Assembly (NCBI GenBank): GCA_965117035.1
Contig: OZ220748.1
Span: forward strand, 815,992 to 879,991
DNA length: 64,000 nt
Source: Dehalococcoidia bacterium
GTDB taxonomy: Bacteria; Chloroflexota; Dehalococcoidia; Lucifugimonadales; CAZENU01
Reading direction: 5' to 3'
The notes below the pieces were generated by a model that worked only from the letters and a program-made list of their open reading frames with translations, had not been told where the DNA came from and made no database searches. A program made the translations under genes and the position numbers. Below are positions 37,078 through 47,482 of this stretch, piece after piece. How positions within the stretch are numbered: position 1 is the stretch's first letter; every line of letters starts with the position of its first letter.

Positions 37078-37304
37078 TCGGCTAGGATTGTGGAAATCGG
37101 CGCGCCCCAAATCGCGGACTGCCATGCGGAGGGGGAGTTCCCCAAGCCGCAGGCCGCTCACCTGCGGCCGCCGCGGTCGACCTCGCCGACACCCGTTTCG
37201 ACGATACCGCAAGGATCGCCAATCCGTCGCATCCGATCCGCGCTCGAGTCCCCAACGTTGTGACAGCCGCCCCTTTGACATAGCAAAGGATTGGAACCCA
37301 AGTA

Positions 37305-38822
37305 ATGGAATCACAGGTTACCGACGAGAGGGCAGACATCGACGTCATGGAGGACGAGTCAACACCACGGGAGCAGTTGGAGACTCTGTGGGACGCCCGG
37401 CCTCGGAGCAACGACGCGTACGGGAGCGTCGAAGAGGAGTCCGCGGGGTACTTCGTCCAGCGCGCCGACGGCGAGCTGGAGTACCGGTCCGGCATGGACG
37501 GGGAGCGCCAGGCTGTCCCGCAGCCCGACCCCTCCGCTGCCGACGGTACCGACGACACGATAAGGATGTACCTCCGCGACATCGGCAAGGTCGCTCTCCT
37601 TACCAAGCCGGAGGAGCGGACGCTGGCGCGCCAGATCGAGGCTGCCAAGCACATCACGACCATCGAAGACGAGCTTGCGGACGAAGGCGCGGAGGCCAGC
37701 GCCGCGGGCGTCGCCAAGCGCATGATCGAACGTCTCTCCGCGTCGGAGGAGCTCGCCGGAGCGGTATCCGCCCACCTCGGTCTCGGCAAAGAGCCGACGA
37801 TCATGGAGCTCGTATACGACCCCGACATCAGGGAGACGCTCGACGGCGATCTGCCGGAGGAACTGGTCAACGCGATCGCCGACTCGGTCAATCGCGACCC
37901 CAAGGAGGTCCGGGACGAGATGGTCGGCCTGTCGCTCGACTGCCGACTGCTGCCGCCCGAAGCCGTGGGCGCCCTCGGCGGGGGCCTGACCCTGAGCGAG
38001 CTGGCGCAGCAGCGGGACTCCGGCGACCTCGCCGAGCGGCTGCAGGACAACGAGCCGCTGCTCACCCGGTACTTCACCCGCACCAAGGACGAGGGCGCGG
38101 CGGCGCAGCGCCACCTGGCGGAGGCCAATCTCCGGCTCGTCGTGAGCGTCGCCAAGAAGTATCTCGGCCGCGGTCTCGGCCTGCTCGACCTGATCCAGGA
38201 GGGCAACATCGGTCTCATGCGCGGCGTCGAGAAGTTCGACTACCGCAGGGGCTACAAGTTCAGCACGTACGCGCACTGGTGGATACGGCAGGCGGTGACC
38301 CGGTCCATCGCGGACCAGTCCCGCACGATCAGGATCCCGGTCCACATGACCGAGATCATGAACAAGCTGCAGCAGGTCACCCGGCGCCTCGTGCAGGAGT
38401 ACGGCCGCGAGCCGACGACCCAGGAGATCGGCGAGCGCATGGAGGTGACGCCGGAGCGCGTCAGGGAGATCATCCAGTACTTCCAGATACCGGCGTCGCT
38501 GGAGACGCCGATAGGCGACGAGACCGAGACCCACCTGGGCGACTTCATCGAGGACAAGAACACCCCGGGCCCCTCGGACGCCGCCACCTACCAGCTGCTG
38601 AAGGAGCAGATCGAGGACACGCTCCACACGCTCAGTGAGCGCGAGGCGCAGGTGCTTCAGCTCCGGTTCGGCCTGATCGACGGCCGGATTCGCACCCTCG
38701 AGGAGGTCGGATCGGTCTTCGGCGTCACGCGAGAGCGGATCCGCCAGGTCGAGGCGATGGCGCTTCGCAAGCTGCGCCACCCCAGCCGCTCGAAGAAGCT
38801 CAGGGACTTCCTCGACGACTAG
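37305..38822 (+). CDS. rpoD: RNA polymerase primary sigma factor (sigma-70)
   Basis: Acidic region 1.1, region 2 (YLRDIG..., [48 protein letters not shown]), regions 3 and 4.2 ([28 protein letters not shown]). Confidence 0.95.
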   Translation: MESQVTDERADIDVMEDESTPREQLETLWDARPRSNDAYGSVEEESAGYFVQRADGELEYRSGMDGERQAVPQPDPSAADGTDDTIRMYLRDIGKVALLTKPEERTLARQIEAAKHITTIEDELADEGAEASAAGVAKRMIERLSASEELAGAVSAHLGLGKEPTIMELVYDPDIRETLDGDLPEELVNAIADSVNRDPKEVRDEMVGLSLDCRLLPPEAVGALGGGLTLSELAQQRDSGDLAERLQDNEPLLTRYFTRTKDEGAAAQRHLAEANLRLVVSVAKKYLGRGLGLLDLIQEGNIGLMRGVEKFDYRRGYKFSTYAHWWIRQAVTRSIADQSRTIRIPVHMTEIMNKLQQVTRRLVQEYGREPTTQEIGERMEVTPERVREIIQYFQIPASLETPIGDETETHLGDFIEDKNTPGPSDAATYQLLKEQIEDTLHTLSEREAQVLQLRFGLIDGRIRTLEEVGSVFGVTRERIRQVEAMALRKLRHPSRSKKLRDFLDD

Positions 38823-38895
38823 CGGCGCGTCCGCGGAGTTCCCCACTCAGCCGCATCAGTGTCAGGGAGCAGCGCCGGCCTGGCGCAGCTGCCGA

Positions 38896-39418
38896 GTTCC
38901 CTGCTCCGCCGCGTCGATCCCCGGCCGCGTCCTCCGTCTATCGTCGAATCACGCCAGCCGGAGGACGCACGGTAACCCCTTGACACCCAGGGGCTGCGTC
39001 GACCTGGGCGGCCGCGGAAGTCCCCTGCTCTGCCGCCGTCGATCCGCGCTGGCATCCAGCCGGCCGCTTCCTCCGTCCATCGTCGAGTCACGCCGGTCGG
39101 CGGGCGCACGGTAACTGTTCAGACTCGAGGTGTCCGCACAACCCGTTCACCCCGAGTAGCGAAGCGTATCGAGGGGCGCACGCAGCCTTGCCGCCAATAC
39201 TCGTCTCGGCCCCGCCAGGAGACTCGGTTGTGCCGGCCCTTCGATACACCCCGACGAAGCGTCGGGCCACCCAGGGCGAACGGGGTCCGCTGCGGCATCC
39301 CGCCGGGCCGCTTCCTCCGCGGGTGGGATCGTCGAATCACGCCAGCCGGAGGCCGCACGAGAGCGCCTTGACTCCCAAGGGAGGAGCAACCGACCTGGCG
39401 GGGCCGCCCGGAAGGCGG
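38896..39418. repeat. mosaic of three copies of a 60-95-bp unit (R4: about 38896-38977, 39019-39116, 39293-39367) interrupted by an R3 element
   Basis: Shared core CCGGCCGC(G/T)TCCTCCGTC(T/C)ATCGTCGA(A/G)TCACGCC(A/G)G(C/T)CGG(A/C)GG(A/G)CGCACGGTAAC; copies 1 and 3 also share the tail CCTTGAC(A/T)CCCA(A)GGG..GACCTGG(G)CGG. Confidence 0.75.
39111..39287 (-). repeat. repeat family R3, full-length copy (inverted orientation)
   Basis: Reverse complement aligns at about 90% with 52394-52553, with a 16-nt insertion (CCCTCGATACGCTTCG); imperfect terminal inverted repeats ACCCCGTTCGCC / GGTGAACGGGT; internal hairpin CCCGACGCTTCGTCGGG. Confidence 0.8.
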
Positions 39419-40534
39419 CTACGAGGAGCGGTACGGGTCCAGCCAGCCGCGGAGGCCGATGCCGAACAGGTTGAAGCCGAGGATGGCTACCAGGAACGCC
39501 AGGGCCGGCATCAGCGGCAGCCACGGCTTGTTGAACAGCAGCAACCGTGAGCCCGACAGCATGCCGCCCCACTCCGCCGCCTGCACGACTCTCAGCGACT
39601 GGGGGACGCTCGAAGGGGCACGCTCCCCGAACACGATGCCGATGAACCCCAGTTCGGCCAGGATCAGCGTCGCCGCGCTGAGCTCGAGGGCGAACGCGGG
39701 CAGCAACTGAGGCGCGAGGTTCGGGAACACGTGCCGTCGAATCAGGTGGCCGGGCGTAGAACCCAGCGTACGGGCGCCCTCCATGTAGGGTTGCGCCTTG
39801 ATCCACGCGATTGCGCCATTGACGAGGTTTGTCAGCTCGGCCCAGCCGGTCAGCGCGAGGCCGAGCAGGAAGACGCCGAATCCCTGCTGCGGTCCGATCG
39901 ATACGATGAACAGGTATGCGAACAGCAGGCTGGGCACGGAGGCCGATACCTGCGCCAGCGACAGTATCTGCTGGCTGACGCCGCTCTGCCTCCAGCCCGC
40001 GACCCCTCCCAGCCCGACACCGATCGTCAGCCTGAGCACCGTCGCCGCGAGGGCCAGCCCCAGGGTCAGGCGCGTGCCGTAGATGATCTGGGTGAGCACG
40101 TCGCGGCCTTCGTGGTCGGTGCCGAGCGGATAGGGCGGGCTCGGCGGAATGGGCGGCGCCATCAGCTCGCCCTGGATCATCTGGAGAAAACGGCCTATGT
40201 CCAGGTCCTTCTCATACGGCGCCAACACCTGTGGCGTGAACGCCGCCACGATGAGAACGAGGACTATGACACTGCCCAATACGAGGGAAGTGTTCGAGAG
40301 AAACCGCACGCCGCCGGTGACGACCCGCTCCGTCAAGCTCCTTCCGAGCCTGATCTCGGTCCGCTCTCGGAGGGCCCGCCGCCTCATCCAGGCAGACACC
40401 TTGACGTGCGGTAGCCACTGCCGGAGCACCTGGCTGAGCACAACCAGGGCGATGACCAGGGCGATCAGCACCCAGGAGAACCTCATCCACCAGACGCTCA
40501 CCGGCGGGGGCGTAGGAGCCCTTAGCTGCATCAC
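39419..40534 (-). CDS. ABC transporter permease (DppC-like) with long N-terminal extension
   Basis: EAA loop MEGARTLGSTPGHLIRRHVFPN; about 100 extra N-terminal residues with an additional TM segment. Confidence 0.85.
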   Translation of the reverse strand: MMQLRAPTPPPVSVWWMRFSWVLIALVIALVVLSQVLRQWLPHVKVSAWMRRRALRERTEIRLGRSLTERVVTGGVRFLSNTSLVLGSVIVLVLIVAAFTPQVLAPYEKDLDIGRFLQMIQGELMAPPIPPSPPYPLGTDHEGRDVLTQIIYGTRLTLGLALAATVLRLTIGVGLGGVAGWRQSGVSQQILSLAQVSASVPSLLFAYLFIVSIGPQQGFGVFLLGLALTGWAELTNLVNGAIAWIKAQPYMEGARTLGSTPGHLIRRHVFPNLAPQLLPAFALELSAATLILAELGFIGIVFGERAPSSVPQSLRVVQAAEWGGMLSGSRLLLFNKPWLPLMPALAFLVAILGFNLFGIGLRGWLDPYRSS

Positions 40535-40562
40535 TTTGCCACGTCCCTGTCTCTACCCAGCC

Positions 40563-41447
40563 TCAAGTCGTCCCCGTTTCCAACGCGGCCATTCGCTTGT
40601 CGATCTGGCGGATGGCCAGCCTGATGAGTACGTTCACCACGAACAGCGTCGCGGCGATCGACACGAGCAGGTAGGCAGCCTGGATGCTGTCCCGCCCCAG
40701 GACCGCCTGCAGCAGATAGTAGCCGACGCCCGCCCAGTTGAAGAGCCACTCGATCACGAAGACGCTGCTCAGCGCGAAGAAGAAGGAGGAGTTGACCGCC
40801 GTCAGCACCGGAAGGGCTATGTTCGGCAGGATGTGCCACCCGAGGATGCCGCGGTAACGCAAACCCTTCGCGTATGCCGTCCGCACGTAGTCGCGATGGA
40901 TCACCTCCTGGAGCGCTCCGATCGTCACCTGCGCCATGTAGGCCATGGGGCGGACCGAGAGCACGAGTGCGGGCGCGATCAACCGCCGGGGATCCAGGAT
41001 CTCCACGCTTGGATCGAGGAGCACGAACCGTATCCCGAAGAACGGGCTGATATACCGCACGAAGGCGAGCAGAACGAAGATGCCGAGCAGGAAGCTCGGA
41101 GTCAACACTCCGAGGAAGCTGATGTACGACGCGACGCCGGCGATCCTGGAGCCGGGCCTGAGTCCGCTGATCAGGCCGAGGCCGATCCCGATCAGCGAGC
41201 CCAGCGCCACCGAGGTCAGCAGCAGCAGCATCGTCCGCAGATAGGCCTCGCCCACGAACGACCACGTGTCCGTGTGCTCGTGGATGCTGGTCAGGAAGTC
41301 GTAGTAGCTCTTGAACGTGTCGCGCAGCGCCTCGAACGACGCGTACAAGGTCCGCAGGACCGGATGATCAAGGGTCGCGAAGGCGAAGAACGTTACTAGC
41401 AGGACTACCAGCGCCAGCCGGTAGCCGACGATCAGAAAGGTTCGCAG
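40563..41447 (-). CDS. ABC transporter permease (DppB-like), probable CTG start
   Basis: Track ORF starts at TTG 41348, but the frame stays open to 41459 and encodes the expected first TM helix (LRTFLIVGYRLALVVLLVTFFAFATL); CTG at 41447 lies 6 nt after AGAGGT. Confidence 0.7.
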   Translation of the reverse strand: MRTFLIVGYRLALVVLLVTFFAFATLDHPVLRTLYASFEALRDTFKSYYDFLTSIHEHTDTWSFVGEAYLRTMLLLLTSVALGSLIGIGLGLISGLRPGSRIAGVASYISFLGVLTPSFLLGIFVLLAFVRYISPFFGIRFVLLDPSVEILDPRRLIAPALVLSVRPMAYMAQVTIGALQEVIHRDYVRTAYAKGLRYRGILGWHILPNIALPVLTAVNSSFFFALSSVFVIEWLFNWAGVGYYLLQAVLGRDSIQAAYLLVSIAATLFVVNVLIRLAIRQIDKRMAALETGTT

Positions 41448-41463
41448 TGCGGGACCTCTCTAG

Positions 41464-42468
41464 CTAGACTAGCTGGCAAGCGACCCAGTGGCCGTCGGCG
41501 ACCTCGCGCAGCGGAGGCACCTCGTCCGCGCATGACGGGATCGCGATCGGGCAGCGCGTCCGGAAACGGCAGCCGCTCGGCGGATCGATCGGGCTCGGGA
41601 CGTCGCCCTCCAGCGCTATGCGGACTTTCTCCTTGGCCTCGGCCGGGTCTCCGGCGGGCACCGCGGAAAGCAGCGCTCGCGTGTACGGGTGCAGGGGATT
41701 GTCGTAGAGTTCGTCCGTCTCGGAGAACTCGACGAGCTTCCCAAGGTACATCACGGCCACGCGGTCGCTGATGTGCCGGACCACGCGGAGGTCGTGAGAG
41801 ATGAACAGGTACGTCAGCCCGAACCGGTCCTGCAGCTCCTCCAGAAGATTGATGATCTGCGCCTGAATCGACACGTCGAGGGCGGAGATCGGCTCGTCGC
41901 AGACGATGAAGATCGGCTCCAGCGACAGCGCCCGCGCGATCACGATTCGCTGCAGCTGACCACCGCTGAACTCGTGCGGGTACCTGTTGCGCATGTAGGG
42001 GTTGAGGCCCACGGTCGCCAGCAGGTCCACGACGCGGTCGTCGATCTCGTCCTCGGGTACGATCTCGTGCACCCTGATCGGCTCGGCGATCGCGTCGCCG
42101 ATCGTCATCCGCTGGTCAAGCGCCGACTGCGGGTCCTGGAAGATGATCTGCAGCCGCCGCCGGATCCTCTGGAGCTGGCCGCGCGACACGCCGGCCATGT
42201 CCTCACCTTCGAAGAAGATCTTGCCCCCGGTCGGGCGCTCCAGCTGTACGAGGTTGTAGCCGAGGGTAGACTTGCCGCAGCCGCTCTCCCCCACCAGGCC
42301 CATCGTCTCGCCCTGCCGGATCTTCAGGCTGACTCCGTCGACCGCGCGCACCGTCTTGCGATCGGCCATGATTCCGAGGACGATGCCTTTCGTGCCGACC
42401 TCGAAGTAGGTCTCGAGATCCTGGATATCGACGAGGTCCTCGGTCTGGGCGTCGTTCGTTGCCACCAT
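41464..42468 (-). CDS. ABC transporter ATP-binding protein (DppF/OppF-like)
   Basis: Walker [10 protein letters not shown], signature SGGQLQR, Walker [10 protein letters not shown]-terminal oligopeptide-type extension with Cys cluster. Confidence 0.95.
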   Translation of the reverse strand: MVATNDAQTEDLVDIQDLETYFEVGTKGIVLGIMADRKTVRAVDGVSLKIRQGETMGLVGESGCGKSTLGYNLVQLERPTGGKIFFEGEDMAGVSRGQLQRIRRRLQIIFQDPQSALDQRMTIGDAIAEPIRVHEIVPEDEIDDRVVDLLATVGLNPYMRNRYPHEFSGGQLQRIVIARALSLEPIFIVCDEPISALDVSIQAQIINLLEELQDRFGLTYLFISHDLRVVRHISDRVAVMYLGKLVEFSETDELYDNPLHPYTRALLSAVPAGDPAEAKEKVRIALEGDVPSPIDPPSGCRFRTRCPIAIPSCADEVPPLREVADGHWVACQLV

Positions 42469-42515
42469 CAGGTCTGTCCTTTCGACATTTGAATTGGGGG
42501 CCGCCGATGTTGCGG

Positions 42516-43529
42516 CTAAGCCTGTGCCGCCGCCACCTCGGCTTCAGTCGGCGGATTCCAGCACGCGGCGATATGGCCTCCGCCCATGTCCGTGAGCGTC
42601 GGGTTTTCTTCCCAGCAGCGGTCCACCGGTCCGGAGCACCGCGGAGCGAAGGGACATCCCGCGTCCAGATTCGCAAGGCTCGGCGGCATGCCGCCGATGG
42701 CTGTCAGGACATTGCCCTTCCGCTCGACCTTCGGCAGGGACTCCAGGAGCGCCGCGGTGTACCGGTGCTTCGGGCGGAAGAAAATATCGTCCACCGGGCC
42801 CTCTTCCACGATGTACCCCGCGTACATCACGGCCACGCGGTCGGCCAGCTCGGCTACGACGCCGAGGTCGTGGGTGATCCAGATGACCGACATGCCGCGC
42901 TCCGCCTTGAGCTCCCTGACCAGGTCCAGCAGCTGCGCCTGGACGGAAACGTCGAGCGCCGTCGTCGGCTCATCGGCGATCAGCAACAGGGGATCGCAGC
43001 ACAGGGCGATGGCGATCATCACGCGTTGCCGCATTCCACCGCTGAACTGGAAGGGATAGTCGTAGTACCGAGACGCGGCGGACGGCACGCCGACCCTGTC
43101 CATCAGTCGAACGGCCCGGCTGCGGGCGGTCTTCTCGTCGACACCCAGGTGCACCTGCATCGTCTCCGCGATCTGCGGTCCGATCTTGACCGTGGGATTC
43201 AGGGAGTTTTCGGGGTCCTGGAAGATCATCCCCATCTTCGTGCTGCGCCGCTGCCTGATCTGCGTGTCGGTCAGCGACAGGATGTCCTCTCCGTCAAGGA
43301 TGATCTTGCCCGTCATCAGCTCCAGAGGCGGGCTGGGCACCAGTCCCATGATCGACAGCGCCGTCATCGTCTTGCCGCTGCCGCTCTCGCCCACGATACA
43401 AAGCGTCTCCGCCTTGTCGACCGTGAAGTTGCTGCCGTTCACGGCCTTGATCACACCCTCTCGGGAGCCGAGGTGGGTCTCCAGGCCCTCTACTGCTAGA
43501 ACGTTTTCGGTGGTCATGCCCCTGTTCAC
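42516..43529 (-). CDS. ABC transporter ATP-binding protein (DppD/OppD-like)
   Basis: Walker A GESGSGKT, signature SGGMRQR, Walker [13 protein letters not shown]. Confidence 0.95.
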   Translation of the reverse strand: MNRGMTTENVLAVEGLETHLGSREGVIKAVNGSNFTVDKAETLCIVGESGSGKTMTALSIMGLVPSPPLELMTGKIILDGEDILSLTDTQIRQRRSTKMGMIFQDPENSLNPTVKIGPQIAETMQVHLGVDEKTARSRAVRLMDRVGVPSAASRYYDYPFQFSGGMRQRVMIAIALCCDPLLLIADEPTTALDVSVQAQLLDLVRELKAERGMSVIWITHDLGVVAELADRVAVMYAGYIVEEGPVDDIFFRPKHRYTAALLESLPKVERKGNVLTAIGGMPPSLANLDAGCPFAPRCSGPVDRCWEENPTLTDMGGGHIAACWNPPTEAEVAAAQA

Positions 43530-43536
43530 CGTACCT

Positions 43537-44535
43537 CTATCGTTGTATGGCCCGCGGGTTCAGGGCGTCGTTCAGCCCGTCTCCCAGGAAGTTGAACCCG
43601 AACACCGCGACTGCCAGGACCATCCCAGGCATCACGACCAGGTGTGGATCGTAGCGCCAGCGCGTCAGATTCTCCGAGACCATGTTGCCCCAGCTCGCCG
43701 CGGGCGGCTGGATTCCAAGGCCCAGGAAGCTCAGCGTAGATTCGGTGAGCATGACGCCGCCGACACCGGCCGATACGGACACCACGATCGGGGATATCGC
43801 GTTCGGCACCAGGTGCTTGGTGATGATCATCCGCTGGGGGACGCCGAGGGCTTTTTCCGCCCTGATGAACCCCATCTCCTTGAGCGAGAGCACCTGTCCT
43901 CGCACCAGCCTCGCGTAGCCCACCCACTCGGTGGCGGAGATCGCGCCGAACATCATGAAGTAGTCGATGTATATCCGCTGGTTGAGGATGCCCCACTCGG
44001 TCTTCGAGTAGATGTCCGCGAGGAAGATCGTCACCGGCTCACGCATGGTGACGCTGAGGAACGCCGCCATCAGGATGTTGGGGAACGCGGACAACAGCTC
44101 CCCGATCCTTATGATGACGTCGTCGACCCATCTGCCCACGAACCCTGCCGTCGCCCCCAGGGTGACACCTATGGTCACGCTGATGACCAGCACGACCACG
44201 GCCACGAAGACCGCCGTCCTGGCGCCGTTCAGGATCCGGCTCGTGAAGTCGCGCCCAAGCACGTCGGTCCCCATCCAATGGTCCCAGCTCGGCGCTTCCG
44301 CGATGCGGCTGAAGTCGTTTCGGAGGTAGTCGTAAGGGGCGATATACGGGCCCACGACCGCCATCAGGATGATGGCGATAGCGATGATCGACCCGACGAC
44401 GGCGGCCTTGTTGCGCACGAGCCGCTCCAGCGCGTCCATCCACAGGCTGCGCTGCTTGACGGCCTCGAACTCCGTCGCCAGGGACCGCCTCTCGGCGGCT
44501 GGTTGGACTCCAGACTCTTCTACGGTGTCAGCCAT
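43537..44535 (-). CDS. ABC transporter permease (DppC-like)
   Basis: EAA loop IRAEKALGVPQRMIITKHLVPN, six TM pattern. Confidence 0.9.
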   Translation of the reverse strand: MADTVEESGVQPAAERRSLATEFEAVKQRSLWMDALERLVRNKAAVVGSIIAIAIILMAVVGPYIAPYDYLRNDFSRIAEAPSWDHWMGTDVLGRDFTSRILNGARTAVFVAVVVLVISVTIGVTLGATAGFVGRWVDDVIIRIGELLSAFPNILMAAFLSVTMREPVTIFLADIYSKTEWGILNQRIYIDYFMMFGAISATEWVGYARLVRGQVLSLKEMGFIRAEKALGVPQRMIITKHLVPNAISPIVVSVSAGVGGVMLTESTLSFLGLGIQPPAASWGNMVSENLTRWRYDPHLVVMPGMVLAVAVFGFNFLGDGLNDALNPRAIQR

Positions 44536-44580
44536 GGCACAATCCTACCCTTTCAGATTGTCGGCGGCTCTCGTCGCCGC

Positions 44581-45552
44581 CTATTCGTACCTGACCCGCG
44601 GGTCCAGCACCCCGTACAGCAGGTCGACCACCAGGTTAGAGACGATCCACATCGCCGTGCCCAGCATCGTGCCTGCCAGGATCATCGGGAAGTCACGGCC
44701 CTGGAAGGCGGAGATGAATGCGTTGGAGAAGCCGGGTATGCCGAACACGAGCTCGACGAGGAATGCCCCCGTCAGGAAGCCCGCGAGCGTCGGCCCGAAG
44801 CCTGTCAGCACCGGGGTCAGGGCGTTGCGCAGGATGTGGCGGCTGATGACCATCCGCTCCTTCAGGCCCTTCGCCCGCGCCGTCCGCACGTAGCCCTGTC
44901 TCACGACTTCCAGGATACCCGCGCGGGTCATCCGCACGATGCCCAGGGCGCCGCCGAGCGACATCAACGCCACCGGGAGGATCGAGTTCGTAGTGAACAG
45001 CCCCTCCCACCCGACGGGCGTATCCATGATCTGCAGCTTGAGGACCACCACGATCATGACCATCGGGCCCAGCACGAACACCGGCACGGAGTTGACCGCG
45101 ATCGACCCTGCCACAATCCAGTAGTCGATCCACGTGTTCTGTTTGACCGCCGCGAGGATCCCTAAGGGGACGAAGACGGTGTACAGGATGATAAACGAAG
45201 CCAGGCCGAGCTGCGCCGAGATCGGGAGCGAGGCCTGGATGATGTCCGCGATGTCCCGCTGCGAGCGCAGCGACTTGCCCCAGTCGCCGCGGATGATGCC
45301 CTCGTTCCTCGCATCCGGCACGCACAGGCTGCCGCAGACGTAGTCTCCGAACTGGATCATGAAGGGTCGGTCGAGGCCGTAGATCTTGCGCAGGCGCGCC
45401 AGGATCTCAGGGTCGTTCTCGTAGTCGTCCTCGCCGAACATGATCGACAGCGGATCGCCCGGTCCGTAGTGGATGAAGGCGAAGGTGCCTATGAGCACGC
45501 CGAACAACACCGGAAAGAACAGCAGTATTCGTCTGACCACAAAAACAAACAT
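44581..45552 (-). CDS. ABC transporter permease (DppB-like)
   Basis: MFVFVVRRILLFFPVLFGVLIGTFAF opening; RTARAKGLKERMVISRHILRNA EAA loop. Confidence 0.9.
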   Translation of the reverse strand: MFVFVVRRILLFFPVLFGVLIGTFAFIHYGPGDPLSIMFGEDDYENDPEILARLRKIYGLDRPFMIQFGDYVCGSLCVPDARNEGIIRGDWGKSLRSQRDIADIIQASLPISAQLGLASFIILYTVFVPLGILAAVKQNTWIDYWIVAGSIAVNSVPVFVLGPMVMIVVVLKLQIMDTPVGWEGLFTTNSILPVALMSLGGALGIVRMTRAGILEVVRQGYVRTARAKGLKERMVISRHILRNALTPVLTGFGPTLAGFLTGAFLVELVFGIPGFSNAFISAFQGRDFPMILAGTMLGTAMWIVSNLVVDLLYGVLDPRVRYE

Positions 45553-45815
45553 GAACTGCCTCCAGATCCGCCCGTGCTATCCCTGCCGTCGCCGCGAAGA
45601 TAACCTCAGGCCCCGTTGGGGTTTCCTCCAGCCTGGACGCTGCATAGGGCAGATAGCTCTCTTCCGTCGCACCATCGCCCCCACGCGCCCCTTGCGAGCG
45701 CCCCGTTCGTGCAGGGTTTCACAATTGGCTGACCGCATTATACATGAACTTGCAAGCGGCGGGAAGTCCCGTCTTCCAGGGTGCCGCAGAGCCGCGGCCA
45801 CTGACCCTCGTCCGG

Positions 45816-45862
45816 CCCCCGAAAACGCCGGGGCCCCGGGAGCGAATCGTTCCCGGGGCCCC
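45816..45862 (-). terminator. GC-rich hairpin terminator after SBP-1
   Basis: GGGGCCCCGGGA (45830-45841) / TCCCGGGGCCCC (45851-45862) 12-bp stem; on the minus strand it is followed by GGCGTTTTCGGGG. Confidence 0.6.
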
Positions 45863-45872
45863 AGTTCTATCA

Positions 45873-47482
45873 ACTCCGTTGTCCTCACGCCGGCTCAGAC
45901 CGGCGTCGGAACCGCTCTATTCGAAGTGACTCGCCTAGTGCTTCGCGATGTACGCCGTCGTCAGCGTGTTGAAGTCCAGGTTGCTCGTGCTCTCGAATCC
46001 GATGAGCCACGGCTGCACCACCCACTTGACTCCCTGCACCTCGGTGAACGGGATCATGTAGACCTTCTCGAGGTACTCCTGTTCGACGGCCTGGAACGCG
46101 GCGCAGCGGTCCGGGTGGTCCAGCGGCAGCGACCGGGCGTACTCGACCATGGCGTCCAGCACCGGGTAGCCGCCCGGTATGTTGCTCAGCGACTCGATCG
46201 AGTCCTTGCGAGTCAGGTTGCTCACGATCTGGATCGGGTCGGGAATCCACGAACCCAGGCTGATGCGGTAGAACTGCGAGTTCTCGCGCCTGGGCATGCC
46301 CGACTCGCGTCGGAGGATATCCAGCTCCACGTCCAGGTTGTCCTTCCAGTACTCCTTCATCGCGACGCCCATGGCGATGGTCGTCGGGTGCGCCAGGTCG
46401 ATCAGCAGCAGGGGCAGGTTGTCGCCGCTGCCGTAGGTCGACTCGGACAGGGCCTGTCGGGCCAGGTCTGGATCGTAGTACTGGGGATCGGAGTCCGGGT
46501 TGTGACATGGGATCAGGCTGGATATCAGGCCCTTGGCCCTGGTTGCCGTGGAGCCCCATACGGCCTTGACGATCGTCTCCATGTCCTGGCCGTGGGCCAG
46601 CGCCTTGCGGACCAGCAGGTCCTCCAGCGGCGCCATGTCGATCTTCAGCTTGGTGAACCCAAGGCCGCCGTACGGCGAAATGTACAGCAGCGGGTTGAAC
46701 GGATGGCTCGGGTTCAGCGCCGCCTCGTACGTCGTCGAATCGATCGACATCACGTCCAGCTCGCCGTTCTCGAACATGATCACCTGGACCTGGCGGTCCG
46801 GAATCACCGGCAGCGAGAGCTTCTCGATTATGGGCGTGGCGTGCGGCCCGTTCCACTGCTTGCCGGCCAGGTCGACCCTGGTGACCTCGGTGAGGCCGCT
46901 GTCAGGATCGTAGCTCAGGCTGAAGGGGCCCGCCGAGATCGGGGCGTTGCCCCAGTCGTCGTCGGCCTTCACCTGGTCGAGCTTCGAGATGCCGACATGC
47001 CATGCGGCCATGTTCAGCGGCCAGGTGGCCAACGGGATCACCGTCGAAACCTCCAGCGTCTGGTCGTCGATCACGACCAGGCCGTCGGACTCGGTCACCT
47101 CCCCAGCGCGCAACTCTTCCCAGCCCGCGATGTCGCCAAGGGTCAGGCTCGCGCCGCCCCACGCGACGATGTTCTCGGGCTTCGCGCCGTGCTCCCAGTA
47201 AGCCTTGAAGTCGGCCGCCGTGATCGGGGTCCCGTCCTGGAAGACGGCATCCTCACGTATCTTCAGCGTCCAGACGTCCAGCGAGTCGTTGGAGGTGATA
47301 CCCGTCGCGATCCACGGCAGCACGTCTCCCTTCTGGTTGATGATGAAGGGCGGGCCGAAGACCTGCGTCGAGAATATCCTGTTTCCGCCGCCATCGCGCC
47401 ACGGGGCCATCGTGCTCCGGAAGCGGCCCACGGACATCGCGACCTGCGAGTCGTGGAGCTGCGGCCCGCCGCCCTCCGGTCC
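45873..47482. repeat. 1610-bp block apparently identical to 48059-49668 (offset 2186)
   Basis: Boundaries found by direct comparison (first mismatch 47483 C vs 49669 T). All overlapping track ORFs in several frames are letter-identical between the two copies (for example 45885..46856 = 48071..49042). Confidence 0.9.

Noticed and set aside
37275-37310. TTGACA at 37275 as the rpoD promoter giving a leaderless mRNA
   Set aside because: The spacing to the only A/T-rich hexamer (AGTAAT, overlapping the ATG) is about 20 nt, which is too long. The upstream TTGCAG-17-TGgTATGCT candidate fits better, though it is also unverified.
38960-39000. TTGACA in CCTTGACACCCAGGGG (and its copy near 39375) as a promoter
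   Set aside because: No acceptable -10 hexamer lies 16-18 nt downstream in either copy, and no gene follows in that orientation. More likely this is part of the R4 repeat tail.
45737-45742. TATAAT box (minus strand) ~185 nt upstream of the first permease gene as an internal operon promoter
   Set aside because: The -10 is perfect, but the best -35 at 17-18 nt is TTCCCG/CTTCCC. It is plausible but too weak to list as a feature without TSS data.
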